Below, piece by piece: positions 11,048 through 24,429 of a stretch of DNA of 64,000 nucleotides. This stretch comes from Zootoca vivipara (Eukaryota), in assembly GCF_963506605.1 (NCBI RefSeq), contig NC_083282.1:95232001-95296000 (forward strand), given 5' to 3'. Numbering within the stretch: the first letter of the stretch is position 1; each line of letters starts with the position of its first letter. Both the position numbers and the translations under genes were made by a program. The notes under the pieces were generated by a model, which saw only the letters and a program-made list of their open reading frames with translations, was not told the DNA's origin and ran no database searches.

Positions 11048-11664
11048 ACATTACAGTGATGTCGGGTCAGAACAACATGCTTGTGTAGAGCTGCTCCCTC
11101 GCCTTAGCTTTATACGTGTGTAGAAGTTAAGTCACCTTCTCGGAGGGAAAGCATGCCTATGTTCCGAGAGCTGGATCAGCGAGAAAAATAGGGCACTTCC
11201 TCGCTTACCAAACTCGCTCAAGGCTGAATTTTTCCTGCAGAAACATTCTTGGCACGTTCGAAGTAAGCAGAATCTCCTAGTGATCTTTAAAAAAAACATT
11301 TAAAATCTCTTTCCGCGTAGGCTGTCTGTCAGAGCATATTCTGTAGTTCCCAATATACCTCGAAACAGGGCAGTGGGCTGGTGCTTCCAGTTCACCGCTA
11401 CATCTGAAAATCAAATCTTCCCTTGGACTGTTCCTGCTCTTTCAAGGTCCTGCTGTTGTTTGGAGGGCTGGTGGTGGTGGAGTCTCTCGCCATATACGTG
11501 GCTGCCCCGGCGGCTACATGGGAAGGGAGGCCCATAAGGCTGGCATTCGGGGGACAGAGCAAGGACGAAATGCGGCTTCACTGCTCTCGGCTTGTTCTTG
11601 CGGACTCTCCATCAAGTCTCTTGGGTGGGCAACTCGTGCAGGCGAAGAAGAAGCCTTGGTCACT

Positions 11665-11780
11665 TCACTCGTATTTGCAGAAGTTCTTCAGCGATGGAGG
11701 GAGGTCGAGCCCATCTATGTCTAGCCGGTGGACAACATGCTTCTGGATGGCCAGCCGGCAGAGGGTCTGCAGGGAGGGGA
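11665..11780 (-). CDS. NEURL2: NEURL2 coding exon 2 (SOCS box FPSLQTLCRLAIQKHVVHRLDIDGLDLPPSLKNFCKYE*)
   Basis: SOCS-box motif; polypyrimidine-AG acceptor at 11782-11781; phase 1 joins exon 1. Confidence 0.95.
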
Positions 11781-14079
11781 CTGGGAGGAGAAGAAGAGAA
11801 AGAAGGGGACTTGGCTGTGAGACAACCTCAGCATGAGGATTGGGAGCCGTTCCTCTTGTCTGGAGAGAGCACGCACCCCAGCCCTAGCAAGACAAGAAAC
11901 CTCCTGTAGGTAAGAGCGGTTCCACTGTGGAATGGAGGACCTCAGAAGGTGGTGGACTATCCTTCAGTGGAGGCATTTAAAACAGGTTGGATGGCCCTCT
12001 GTCAGGGATTCTGCGATTCTTGCCTTGCAAGGGGCCCAATCCAACTCTACAATTGATCATTCGATGACACTGATGAAAGAGCTCCCTCAATGCCTGAACA
12101 GCTCAAGGGGACGCTGGCTGTTGCGAGAGCCCTTAGAAGTCCTCCTAGGCTGGGGCATCAGCCAGGAGGGAGCATCCCTGCAGCTCTGGATAGACCTTCC
12201 AGCTGAGGCTCGGTGGGAGTGACATGTTTCCTCCTTGCACATGAGGAGGAAGGAGCACCATCAAAGAGCCTGGCTGCCTTGCCAGCTCCCACGAAGGGCA
12301 GAGGAGCAGCTGCTGGGCCTGGGCTGCTGCAATGCTGTTGTTTGGAAAGGCAGGTAGTTCAGCCTGGCAACACATCTTAATGGGTGTGCCCCAATTTGCT
12401 CTCCTGGCAAGACCTCCTTCCCTTGCAAGTCTCCATCTGCAAATCCCCCAAGTGACCCAAGAGGGGATAGAAGCCCCCTTTTGACTGCACCCTTGCAGGG
12501 CAATGTGAGGACATCATTCCTCTTCCTATCTGCCTGTTTGTAATGAGATTTCCTCTGCCTCGGTGGTTTGCCTGGCCTTTCGCCCAACGGATTCACCTTG
12601 GCAGCATTTCTGGGCCTCGTTCTTGCAGCAGATTCCTGTCCTAAATCTCTTGCTTGGGCTCCTTCAGTGAGCATGCAGTGAGCATTCTTGGGCCAATCCA
12701 AGAATGAGAACATTTGTCACTCAACATGCAGTGACAGCGCCAGAACTTGCCAGGATGCTCCAAGTCCATGAAGATCAGAACTGAGCAGTGTGAGGCAAGG
12801 CCTGTCCGGCAGATGCAATGACAGAGCTGGCTTTCTGACGGACCCTCTCCCTGTTCTGCAGTGGCCCTCCGGACATGCAGCTGTTCTCCAGAGGGGAATC
12901 CCCTTCCTGGCTGCTACTCTGCACCCCTTTCTCCTTTCAGCTTATCTGAATGGAAGGTGTGCGTCATAAGGCAGAGCTCTGTGGCCACTAGGGCTACCCT
13001 GGGCTGGAAGATAAGATATCTTTATTGTCATTGTCCCCTTGCGGGAACAACGAAATTACTCACAAGATGTCACAAACCTTGGGAGAAATTGGAGGGGAGG
13101 TGTCATTCTGGAACTTGGAGGGGAGGCTGCTTGGAGCTTGTGGGCCCCTTCACCTGCCAAACCAGCATTTGTTCTTGGCAGGCAGCTCCCTGCCTTCTTT
13201 GCTTTGTTTTGCAGGTTTGTCCTTGGAAAATCAAGCCACCTTTGCAGAAACAGGCTTCTGAGTGACACAGCCTGACCTTGCTGACATTTCAGAGAAGGGC
13301 CTTGAGCATCATCCCAGGCCAGCGCCTTCTCTCCTGCCGTGCTTTGGGACACTTCCTATCAATTGCATTCCTGTGACGTATTTAGGGAAGACGGCAATCA
13401 GGGCTAAAACATCCCGGACAGAGTTGCCAAAGGCAGTTGCTGTTGTGCATCGTGCAGCCCACTTGGCACCTTCCCTCAGATCCATTCCCTGAACAAAGGC
13501 AGAGCCTGCTGGATCAGGCCAATTGCCCATCTAGTCCCGCATCCTGTCCTCACAGTGGCCCACCAGATGCCTCTTTGGGAAACCAGCAAACAAGATCTGA
13601 GCACAAGAGCAACTCTCTTCCTTCCTGGGGTTTCCAGCCACTGGGATTCAGAACAATTGCTGCCACTTTGGCATGGGGAACCAACTTCCCCCTTCATTCC
13701 TCACCCACTTTGCCAGTATGTACATGCCAAAGACAAGCTGTGCTCACACCTTGGGTGAAAACCTCCCTTTGGCTCCCTGTCAGAGGCAGCATCTCTCTTC
13801 ACCCCCTGGTGCTTCCAGACATAACTTCCATGTTACTAACACAACAACCGGGTTTGTTTTGCCAACGCCGCTGCCTCCCTTTCAACGCCCTAAAGGCTCC
13901 TTGAAGACTGAAAAATACCAAGCGGCCTGTCACTCTGCTAATATACTTGGAGTGCTTTTGAAGTGCGAGCTGAGTCCTATGGCAATGCAAGACTCTGTAG
14001 TTTGGTTACCATGAGGACATGAGAAGAGTCTGCTGGATCAATTGTGACACGAAGGCTGGCAACATCAACCCCAGTCAGT

Positions 14080-14265
14080 GTGTGGGAATCCTTTGCAGAT
14101 GACTGGAGGCGGACATTCATAGCAGGGAGCAGAGGAGGAATGACCGCTGGGAGGAGTGCAGGGGGGGGGAGCCCTGGTGCATCTGTAGCAGCACAACTGG
14201 ACGTCTTCCTTTGCCCCAGCTGCAACAAAACATGTCTCTCCCATATTGGTCTCTACAGCCACAGA
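14080..14265 (+). mobile_element. Old RTE-clade LINE 3' fragment
   Basis: WESFADD...CPSCNKTCLSHIGLYSH zinc-finger-like end, homologous to the copy at 57170. Confidence 0.6.
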
Positions 14266-14344
14266 AGCCTTCTTGTTTGGACAGGTCTCATCCAGAGGTG
14301 GGGGGGGGGCTGAACTGAGGTGGGCATCAACCCTGCCTATTATT

Positions 14345-14540
14345 AATTATTATTATTATTACTACTACTACTACTACTATTTGTATCCCACCCATCTGGC
14401 TGAGTCTCCCCAGCCACTCTGGGCGGCTCCCAATCGATTGTTAAAAACAATACAGCATTAAATATTGAAAACTTCCCTAAAGAGGGCTGCCTTCAGAGGT
14501 CTTTTAAAAACAGAATAGCTGCTTATTTCCTTGACATCTG
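14345..14540 (-). mobile_element. L2-like LINE 3' end with (TAT)n tail (other copies 29993-30372, 32725-32910, 44685-44790, 59920-60035)
   Basis: Shared motif cccatctggctg...cccagccactctgggcggct...agggctgccttcaga. Confidence 0.65.
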
Positions 14541-17374
14541 CTTAATACCGCTTGCATGCCTTTCCCAGGTTATCAGGAAGCGGAGAGGGGAGGAATTTGC
14601 ATGCAGGTGTTTTCAACTTTCCACTGCAAAGGCCAAAGAGGAAATTGGCACACCTCTCCAAGGAGGTTCGTTCACAGCATGGCACCCCAGAGACAAAAAA
14701 AAGAGAGGCCTCTGTGGACCTAGACACAGTTCTCAGCGTGTTTTGGTGAAACTCCTTGCCCAAAGGAAGCTGCGCTGCAGCAGAACATTGTTGCTAAGAG
14801 GCATCAGATATTTAACTTGAGAAAGAGATGCTCGGAAAGGCAGACTCAGTTTTTTGACTTCCCCATGTGAAGAAGAAATATAACCTCCAGATATATTTTT
14901 AAAACTACCATAAAAGGCGGAAAGGAAACGCTCCAAGTTCCTCGGAAGGTGATGTGCTCTCCTTGAGGGTTTTTAAGCAGAGGTTGGGTGGGGCTTGTTA
15001 TTCCTGTGATTCCTGCATGGCTGGGGGTTGGTCTGGATGACCCCGGGGGATCCCTTCCAACTCTGCAGCTCTGATTCTGTGATTCTATATTCCCTGGTTC
15101 CAGCAAATCTGCGGAGCCTCCCATTGTTCCCACACATGGCGCTGAAAGCGCCTTTTGCCTCGCATCCCCTCTGTGTGAATGTCGGATAGAGAAGGAAAGG
15201 GTCCTTTCTGGCCAAGGAAGGTCTTGCATTGCAACAGACGGAGGGTTTCCACACATCCCAGCTCATCTTTCTTTGCAGCTTCATGGGGCACAGCTGGCAA
15301 AGCCAGCCAAGGACCTCCTCGATTGGGCCTTGGGCATGGAATGGCCGAAACCTGGAGGAAGTGGAGCTAAGCTTTCTCTGCAGCACAGATGATGGGCCCT
15401 CGTGCCTGGCCCTTCCACAGCTTCCCTCTGCAGGGCTCACTCTCTTTTTAACATGCTATGGTCTGTTAACGCCAGAAGAGCCTGCTGGATCAGGCCAGTG
15501 ACCCATCTAGTCCAGCATCCCAGCCTCACAGAGATCCAAAGGGAAGCCCACGAGTACAAAAGCGTTCCCCAATGGTTGTTCCCCATAATCTGGTGTTCAG
15601 AGATAGACTGTCCCTGGGCATGGAGGTTCTGCTATCACAACAAGCCTCCTTAGGAAGAGGGTACTGGATCAGGCTCATGGCCCGCCTGGCCCAGCATCCA
15701 GTTCTCACAGTCGCTGAGCAGAGAAATGCTAAGGATTCAGGCACAGGAACATTGCTGCCTCCCACTGTGGCTGGGAGCCACCAGTAGCTTTATTTTCTTC
15801 TATAAATTGGTCCAATCCTCCTTGAAAACCATCTAGGTTGATGGCTATCACTGCCTCCTGTGGAAGGGCATTCCATAGGTTAACTACTGGCTGCCACGTA
15901 CAGCTAAGCACGGCAAGGCTCACAGGGGGGGCGGGGGGCGACTGGCCTCTGCAGCCCACAAACCCAAGTCTGGAGACTCCTCCTGCTTCCTATCGAAGAC
16001 AGAGAGAGAAGTCCATCAAGAGGAGGAAGGGATCCCTTGCTGGCCCCTCTCCCTGAAAAGCCCCGTGGGGCGGCTGCATTCCATGGCCTCCCTGAACCTC
16101 GCACCCAGGACCCAGCCCACCACGTTCCTCCTTGCCCAGGAGGGAGAACCACTGGCCACAAAGGCAGGGAGGCAAATGGGCAAGGGCTTTGGCAGCGCAG
16201 CAGAGAAAACAAACCCTCCCTAAAAATAGATCCCTTGCGCACATGGGACTGAACAGAGCAGCGAGCGCGGGATGCTTGCTAATTATACCCCTGCTCTGTT
16301 TGCCAACAGATAATGCAGCCAGTAACACCTCCTGGATCTCCCTTAGCCCTGGATTCAGATTACGAGAAAGGAGAGCCTGACTACTCCTTATGAAGATCTT
16401 TCTGGCGGCAACAGTTGTTGGCGCTCTTTAGCCGTGCTTCCTGCCTTGCAGGGGGCTGGGCTAGAAGACCCTTTGGGGTCCCTCCCTACCCTAGGATTCT
16501 GCGATCCTCTTGGTCAGGCTCCCTCCTGGATTCCTGCCTCCATGGCTCCACTTCCTCCGGGTCTCCTCTGCTCCCAAGCGATTGTGCTCGACGTTCAGAC
16601 AGCGTGTTTCAGAGTGTTCAAGGCGCTTTGTCGTCTTCTCATAATACTTAGAATAGCTTTGGCAATTAAATCAATATTATTTGCATGGTGTGGGACTGAG
16701 GGAGCAGGGGCTTAGGTCTCCCAGGGACAAGAATCGCACCCGGAACATCGAGAGTTATTGCTCCATCTCGTTCCTGCCACTATGCTATACCAACCTGCTG
16801 TGATTCCTGCATGGCGGGGGGGGGGGACCAGATGACCCCTTGGGACCCCTTCCAACTCCACAATTCTAGGATTCTCCTGCCAGGCGCTCTTCAAAGTGCC
16901 TTATTTGTATGGACAATGTTCAACCTCCCTCTCTTCCTGCCTCTTTATCTCCTATCAGCCGCAGACCCCTTTGGGGCAAGGCTCCCTTTCCCTGTTCATG
17001 CCCCCCCCCTTCCTAAGATGACCCATCAGCCGGCTGCCTGCTTCTCTGGGCTTGGCCTCCTCCTCTCTCCCTCTCCCACCCAGCTGTTGCTTTGGGACCA
17101 TCAGGATCTGAACCTCCATAAAGTCTCCCTTCTTATGACAATGCCATCCACCAGCTCTGATCTCCCTAAGAAGCTGCCTTGCAGTCTCCCCATTGGTCTG
17201 TCTGGCTTAGTACGGCCTACACTGACTGGCAGCAGTGCCTCTCCAGGATACCTCTCCAGGAGAGGCTGCCATGGGGGGGGAAGAGGGGTTGAACTGAGGC
17301 TGCTCCACCTTTGAGCTACGGCCCTTTGCCCCATGGTCTGGGGGCCAGGCCAGTTAGGAGCTGGGAATACCTAC

Positions 17375-18062
17375 ATCCGTATTCCACCTGGATGAGGCGG
17401 ACGCTCTTGGTGGAAGCAAAGATGTCGACCACGGCGTAAAGGGGCCGGGAGGCCGGGAGGCCCCTGGCGCTGGGACCCATGTCCTCGCCGTTGATGACAA
17501 TGTGCATGTCGGCTGTCCCGTCCGGCTGCGGGGCGTACAGCACCCCGATCCTGCTCCTCCGGGCGGTGGCAGGGAGAACGTTGGTCCTGTACAGGTCGTC
17601 CAGGAGGTGGCTGTAGCGGCCTGGCCTGCTGCGACCCACCAGCTTGTCCCGAGGGATCCTGACCGTCTCGATGAGCAAGTAGGGGTCAGAGAGGAAGCCC
17701 CTCACCCGGGCGGAGGCCTCTGCCCCGGCAGTGTCCTGGGTGACCCGGTTGTGGTTGCGGGTGATGGCAAACACCCAGCTGTTGCCCAGGTTGACCAGGT
17801 CTGGCAGGGTGTACTCGGGCACGATCTCCAGGCTGCGAGGGTCATGGGCGGTCAGCCCCACCCGCAGGTGGCCACACCAGCCCAGCTCCTTCTCCTCGAT
17901 CTCCACCAGGAAGATCTGCCCAGGCGCCAGGGGCTCCCGGCTGAAGCAGACGCCATTGGCAAAGCTCTCCACGCGGGTGGCCTGGGTGCCCGAAGGGTCG
18001 ATGCAGACATTGACCCCGTGGATTCGGTGGAAGCGGGTGGGCGGGTGGCCTGCAGCACTCAT
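17375..18062 (-). CDS. NEURL2: Neuralized E3 ubiquitin ligase 2 (Ozz), coding exon 1, NHR domain
   Basis: TRFHRIHGVNV...RVESFANGVCFSREPL...LYAVVDIFASTKSV; donor T|GTAGGT at 17375/17374. Confidence 0.96.
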
Positions 18063-18087
18063 CCCTGGGCTTCTCGCAGGCAGACTG

Positions 18088-18160
18088 AGGCTATTTTAAG
18101 GGGGCTCCGAGTCAGGACAGCTGCTGTCACCAGGGTACTTGAAGTCTCCAAATAGGGAAC
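18088..18160 (-). promoter_or_regulatory. Muscle-type proximal promoter cluster of NEURL2
   Basis: MEF2/TATA-like CTTAAAATAG (18091-18100), E-box CAGCTG (18118-18123), CArG-like CCAAATAGGG (18148-18157). Confidence 0.5.
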
Positions 18161-18439
18161 GGCGTGGGCTGATAGGAGCCAGCCAGGTCCTAATGCCCTG
18201 GGAGTTGCAAGGAAAGGGCAGCCTGGCCTGCTACAGAATGGAAGCCCTGGGCATCAGGGTGGCACAACGGAGGGTAATGTGCTCCTTTTGAGTGTGGGCA
18301 ATGCCAGGTCGCTTCCCCCAACATATAATTATTTGATGGACGGCAGCTAATGGGCACTAGCTTAGATGGGGTGGAGGGGGACAGACAAATTAATGGTGGT
18401 AGAGGGGGGAGGATCAACACGGAGCAGATTTTATTCATT

Positions 18440-18960
18440 TAATGAATTACCGTAGTTAGATTTGTATACCGCCCTTCGATCCGAGGATCACAGGGCGGTT
18501 GACAGTATGAAAAACCACAGAAATGTGTAACATAATAACAAACAAAAACAGCCACCTACTCCCTCCTTAAAAAGCTATAGATGGTTTAATCAGCCTAAGG
18601 CCTGAGAAAAGAGGGATGTTTCTGCCTGGCACCTAAAGAGATGTAATGAAGGCACCAGGCAGGACTCCCTGGGGAGAGCATTGCCCAAGCAAGGAGCCAC
18701 TGCAGAAAAGGCCCGTTCTCATGATGCCACCCCCTGGACCTCTCGTGAAGGAGACCCACAACGAAGGGCCTCGGAGGATGATCTCAGGGTCTGGGGAAGG
18801 ATCATATCCTGAGCTGTTTAAGGCTTTATAAGTCAAGAGCAGCACTTTGAATTGGGCCTGGAAAGTAACTGGTGCTGTCGGACAAAGATTGGTGCTTTAT
18901 GCTTCAACTGGCTGCCGAATTCTACACCAGCTGAAGTTTCAGGAGCACCTCCTCCTGTAA
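18440..18960 (-). mobile_element. Old L2-like LINE fragment
   Basis: Minus strand reads LLLTYKALN; degenerate L2 3' region. Confidence 0.55.
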
Positions 18961-19611
18961 ATACGGAACTCCCTCTTGCAGGTGGCAGTGACGCCCACCA
19001 ACCTTGGTGGCTTTGAAAGAGGATTGGCTAAAATTCCTGGAGGAGAGGCTATCCAGGGCTCCTGGCCAGGATGGCTCTGCTCCTGCCTCCATGGCCAGAG
19101 GCAGCAAGGCTTTTGAATACTAACTCCAGGAAACAGCAGAAGGAGAGAAGGCTCTTGGGCTCGGATCCTGCTTGTGGGTTTCCCTTTGGACACCTGCTTG
19201 GCCCCTGTGAGAACAGGATGTTGGGCTAGATGGGCCGTTGGCCTGATCCAGAAGACTCTGCTGATGTAACAGCAGCTAGCCATGGCAGCTATACAGAACT
19301 TCCATGTTCTGGGGCAGTCTATCAGCGAATCCACTTGCTTGGAAGCTACGACGGGGAGAGCTTGTTGCCTTTATTGTGGGCTTCAGGGAAGCACAGGCAG
19401 GAGTTTTGGACTGATCCAACCGGGGGGGGGGCTCCAAAGTCTTATTCCTAATGCACCATTTGGTTGTGAGGATACACAAGCAAGAGAGGCTCAGAAAAAT
19501 AATTGTGTGTGAAAAAAATCTGCCAGCGTAATGAGCTGCGATTCCTGCGCTGCCGGTGGTTGGACTTGATGAGGCGTTGGCTCCCTTCCAGCTCTCCATG
19601 AACTTCAGCCG

Positions 19612-19857
19612 AGAATCATAGAATCATAGAGTTGGAAGAGACCACAAGGGCCATCCAGTCCAACCCCCTGCCAAGCAGGAAACACCATCAAAGCATTCTT
19701 GACATATGCCTGTCAAGCCTCTGCTTAAAGACCTCCAAAGAAGGAGACTCTACCACACTCCTTGGTAGCAAATTCCACTGCCGAACAGCTCTTACTGTCA
19801 GGAAGTTCTTCCTAATGTTTAGGTGGAATCTTCTTTCTTGAAGTTTGAATCCATTGC
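19612..19857 (-). mobile_element. Young CR1 3' fragment
   Basis: Near-identical to 3821-4075. Confidence 0.95.
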
Positions 19858-21404
19858 TTTGCAGAAGTACTTTGCACTGCCAAGGAACTTGCCAGGCGCG
19901 ATGAGGTTGCCTTGGGGCAAGCCGGGCAGCCAGCCGGTGATGCAGCAATTGCCACATTGCCCAGAGGTGCACCCCAGGAAGTTGCTCATAAATGAACGAA
20001 AGAATAAAAGCAGCCGCAGTTGCAGGAGGGGAGAGGGGCACACTTGCAGGAGCAGCCCGTGGCATTAACCAGAGTTTCTTGGAACTGTTTCTGGGTCTCC
20101 TGGCAGCCACAAACCTTCTGTTTGGTGACCGTGAGCTCCGCAGCAATGGCTGCAGGAGGGCGGGGGCTTCCGGTGGTCGGCTTGTGGGAGACTCATAGCA
20201 GGAACACACAGAGGAGAGTCTGGCTTGCAAGGGACCCTCCGTCCTCCTCCCTCGGAGTTCCTCGCCAAAGCCCAGCTTATCGTGCTGCCTGAAGAGCTAT
20301 GGGGAGGGAGGGAAGACTAAAATGAACAAAATGAGTTTCGATAGGGACAATCAAAGCTCAGGTTCTGCACTCAGGAATCCTTTGATGCACAAATACAGGG
20401 AGGGGGGCACCTGTTTCAAGTAGTAGAAAAGATTTTGTTGGGGGGGGTGTCTTTGGAGACCACAAGTTTAACAAGAGGTGGGGGTCTCCATCTCCCTGGT
20501 TTTTAAGCAGGGGTCGGGTGGCCATTCGTCAGGGATGCTTTCGCTGTGGTTCTGGCATTGCAGGGGGGTGGACTAGATGTCCCTTGAGGATTGGTTGCCC
20601 TACGAAAGGACTTTCCCCCACATTTCTGGGATTCAGCCACCAGAAACAGTGTCTGGCCGGATTTTGGCGTATTTCCTTAAAAACAGCTCAAAAACCTGTC
20701 TTCCTTATTTAGATCTGGCAAAGGAAGCTCAACAACTTTGGGCAAAACTTTAAAAAGCCCAGCAACCCTTGTGTTTCCGGATTTTCACTCTTTGCAATAT
20801 GGCAGCCCTGCCTTGGGGTTCCCTTCCAGCTCTCTGAGGGAGGGAGGGAACCTGCCTGCCTGCCTTTCTTCAGCCTCCTGCCCCCTGGCAAAGGTTTAGC
20901 TGGGACCTGAAGTGGGTCTGCAGGGAGGGGCTCGGCAGGGGGGGGGATGACAGGCCTGGCTGTGCTTGTCCCACCCCAGTGGCTACTGAAGAGCTCACAG
21001 CTCCAGCCCGGTTCCAGACCAGGCTCCGACTCTGAAGCTGCAACAGCTGTTCCTGTTGGATGATGAGCTGCATGAAGGCCGGGCCGCTGGGGTCTTTCTA
21101 AGCAGAGCTTTTAAAGCAGAGGTGGCATGGCCACCTGTCAGGTAGTCTTTAGCTGCATTTCCTGCATTGCAGGGGGCTGGACTAGATGACCCCCGGGGTG
21201 TCCCTTCCAACTATAATTCTCTCACCCCTACCCTGGCAGAGGCCGGTGGCTAACAGCTATCACTTGCCACTAGCCGTGTTGGAGGCAGCCATGCTTCTGA
21301 ACAGCAGCTGCTGGAAACCACAGGAGGGGAGAGTCGCTCTGGTCCTCGGATCCTGTTTGCGGGCTTCTGATAATAGACACCTGGTTGGCCCCTGTGAGAA
21401 CATG

Positions 21405-22320
21405 TTGCTGTGGGAAATGATTTATAATGAAATGAAGAAGATGTTTATGTGATGTGGTGTAAACCAGAGCTTATGGGGTAACTGCTCTGAGGAAGTGTGT
21501 CCTGTGAAACTGGGGAGCGTCTGTGTTCACTGTCTGTTTGTGAACTGTATTGGTTTCGTTTTTGCCACGAACAGAGAAGCACAATGTCGTGTCTTTCTCC
21601 GGAATGAGATATTTACTGCTTTGTAAATAAACGCTTCTTAGATTAGAAGAACGTTTCCTTGCCTTATTCCTCCTGCGGACCACATGTCCGCTGTGCAGGA
21701 ATTTCTGTGAAGATACTCTGCTCTACTGGGAGCCCAGAAGAAGGGGGGCCAGCAGAGCAAATGCAGGGGAGTCTGCTGGACGCCATTATCTCCCGGGCTT
21801 GCTAGCTATGGAGGGTCGTTATGCCCATAGCTGCATTAGTGATGGCTTTTGGGCAAAGCCATACACAACAGTTTAAAAAAACTTTTGTTAAAAAAAAAAC
21901 AGAAGCTTTTCTACTAGGTATTACAGGAATGGATTTACCAAGATCATTAAATAATTTGTTTATTTATTTATGCAACTATGCTGCACAAACATTATTAGCA
22001 CAACATTGGAGGGAAGAAGGTGTCCCAGTTAAAGAAGATTAAATTTAATGGCAAGTTAAATGGATGGAATATGCTGAAATGGCAAAATTGACAATGAAAC
22101 AAAGAGGAAGAGGCAGTAACGAATTTAAGGAAGATTGGAAGGACTTTATTGCATATATTCAGAAGCAATGTACTCAGGTTAATACATTACAGTTTTAATA
22201 CTGCTTTTAATTTAATTTTGAATGCACAATAAGTAATTCTATGGTTTATAACTTTACTGTATAATGGACATGCAATATGTTGATAAACAATGGAACCAAG
22301 GAAGGGACTAGTCAGAAGTT
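21405..22320 (+). mobile_element. L1 ORF2 3' fragment interrupted by a solo LTR
   Basis: WEMIYNEMKKMF continues as KKTFVKKKTEAFLLG...LLAQHW after the insertion. Confidence 0.7.
21448..21870 (+). mobile_element. Solo LTR (423 bp)
   Basis: TG...CA ends; 5-bp TSD GTTTA (21443-21447, 21871-21875); AATAAA 21626-21631. Confidence 0.75.
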
Positions 22321-22923
22321 TTGTTTTGTTTTCGGGGGGGGGGGGAGAAGAGAACAGGGTGCTGGACTGAATGGGCCCCCGGCCTGATCCAGCAGGCTCT
22401 TCTGATGCTCTACAGTTCTGTGGCGCATCAGCTGCTCAGTGAGCAGTCCATGAGCCGCTCTCCCCAGAATCAGCCATGGATGATTCAGAGTGTGGGGGCA
22501 AAGAGTGCTGTGGAACCCGATAAACGGAGAGGCTTTGTCAGGATGGTAAAGAGCATCCCTTCAGCAGATGGCCTGAGGAAATGGGCCATTTGCCCAGCAA
22601 GCCTTTGGCCACCCCAACTGGCATGGCCAGTCTGTCTCCCCATCACAATCCCTTGTCCCCCCCCCCCTCCAATTTTGCTGCTGACACACTGGGGGACCTT
22701 GTGACTTTAGTTCTGTGCCCAAATGAGGAAGTGACTCTTCCAAAGAAAAAGAACAGCAGGTGCTTCTTGTGTGGGTGGAGAAGAGGCTCCTGAAATGGCG
22801 ACATTTGCATCTGGAGGGTGAAGCTTGCACAACAGGGATCAGCTGCTTGTGACCCAAAGGGGAAACAGACGTCACACTTGGGGTTTAAACCTGCAAACAT
22901 CCTTCCCTAAAAAGCTACCTTCT

Positions 22924-23627
22924 GGCTTGAGAGCAATACATGTGAAAAGGATCTAGGAGTCTTGGTAGACCACAAACTTGACATGAGTCAACAGTGTGAT
23001 GCAGCAGCTCAAAAAGCCAATGCAATTCTGGGCTGCATCAATAGGAGTATAGCATCTAGATCAAGGGAAGTGATAGTACCACTGTATTCTGCTCTGGTCA
23101 GACCTCACCTGGAGTACTGTGTCCAGTTCTGGGCACCACAGTTCAAGAAGGATATTGACAAGCTGGAACGTGTCCAGAAGAGGGCAACGAAAATGGTCAA
23201 GGGCCTGGAAACGATGCCTTATGAGGAACGGCTTAGGGAGCTGGGTATGTTTAGCCTGGAGAAGAGAAGGTTAAGGGGTGATATGATAGCCGTGTTCAAA
23301 TATATAAAAGGATGTCATATTGAGGAGGGAGAAAGATTGTTTTCTTCTGCTCCAGAGAAGCGGACACGGAGCAACGGATTCAAACTACAAGAAAGAAAAT
23401 TCCACCTAAACATTAGGAAGAACTTCCTGACAGTAAGAGCTGTTCGGCAGTGGAATTTGCTGCCAAGGAGTGTGGTGGAGTCTCCTTCTTTGGAGGTCTT
23501 TAAGCAGAGGCTTGACAGGCATATGTCAAGAATGCTTTGATGGTGTTTCCTGCTTGGCAGGGGGTTGGACTGGATGGCCCTTGTGGTCTCTTCCAACTCT
23601 ATGATTCTACGATTCTATGATTTTATG
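22924..23627 (+). mobile_element. Young CR1 LINE, 5'-truncated, open ORF2 C-terminus
   Basis: ORF 22962-23540 ([19 protein letters not shown]...); (ATTCTATG)n tail. Confidence 0.96.
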
Positions 23628-23631
23628 ATCT

Positions 23632-23767
23632 CAGGCATCCCCAAACTGCGGCCCTCCAGATGTTTTGGCCTACAACTACCATGATCCCTAGCTAACAGGA
23701 CCAGTGGTCAGGGATGATGGGAATTGTAGTCCAAAACACCCAGAGGGCCGAAGTTTGGGGATGCCTG
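23632..23767. mobile_element. 136-bp hAT-type MITE
   Basis: TIR CAGGCATCCCCAAACT; same family as 48201-48336 and ~25352-25488. Confidence 0.9.
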
Positions 23768-24429
23768 TTCTATCTGCTCTCAGACAGCTAAAGTCAATTG
23801 AGGTGACTGGCGTGCTCCCCAAAGAAGGTCTCTAAGGGGCCAAAACAGTAGTCCCAAAACAGCTGGAGGGCGGAGTTTGGCCAACACTGGGTTACTGCTT
23901 TCGGTTTGATTTTATATGTTGTGATCGCCCTGAGACCTCTGGATATAGGGTGGCGTGTAAGTTGAATTAATAATAATAGTAATAGTAATTTTTCTTTAAA
24001 AATGTTTAGGGATGCTTTCAATTTGAGTCAACAAAATCATCATTTTACAGTTCAAATCGGGGGGATACAGGAGACTGAAGTTTTTAAAGTCCTAATTAGG
24101 AAAAATTGTAATAATCACATATAAAAGAAACAGTATACAAGAAGTAAATAAGCAGGCCATCTACAGGATAAAGGAAGCCTTTTATTTTTATGTTATGTTT
24201 TCTTTGCGTAGGGGGAGAGGAGTTTAATTTTGATAATTAAATTGTCAAGGGTGGTGGGTTTGTTTGTAAGTACTGTATGAGTTGTTGTGGACTATGTTGT
24301 AAATAATAATATTACAGTAAATGGACAAAAGTACAATGATTTACATAATGTTTAAGGGTATGCGTCCCCCTGCGTCCCCCCAGAAAAAACACTGATAATA
24401 ATAATAATAATAGTAATAATAAGTCCTGT

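Noticed and set aside
19860-20340. Unique-looking stretch between NEURL2 and CTSA, possible enhancer or exon
   Set aside because: No supportable motif cluster, splice pair or ORF from sequence alone
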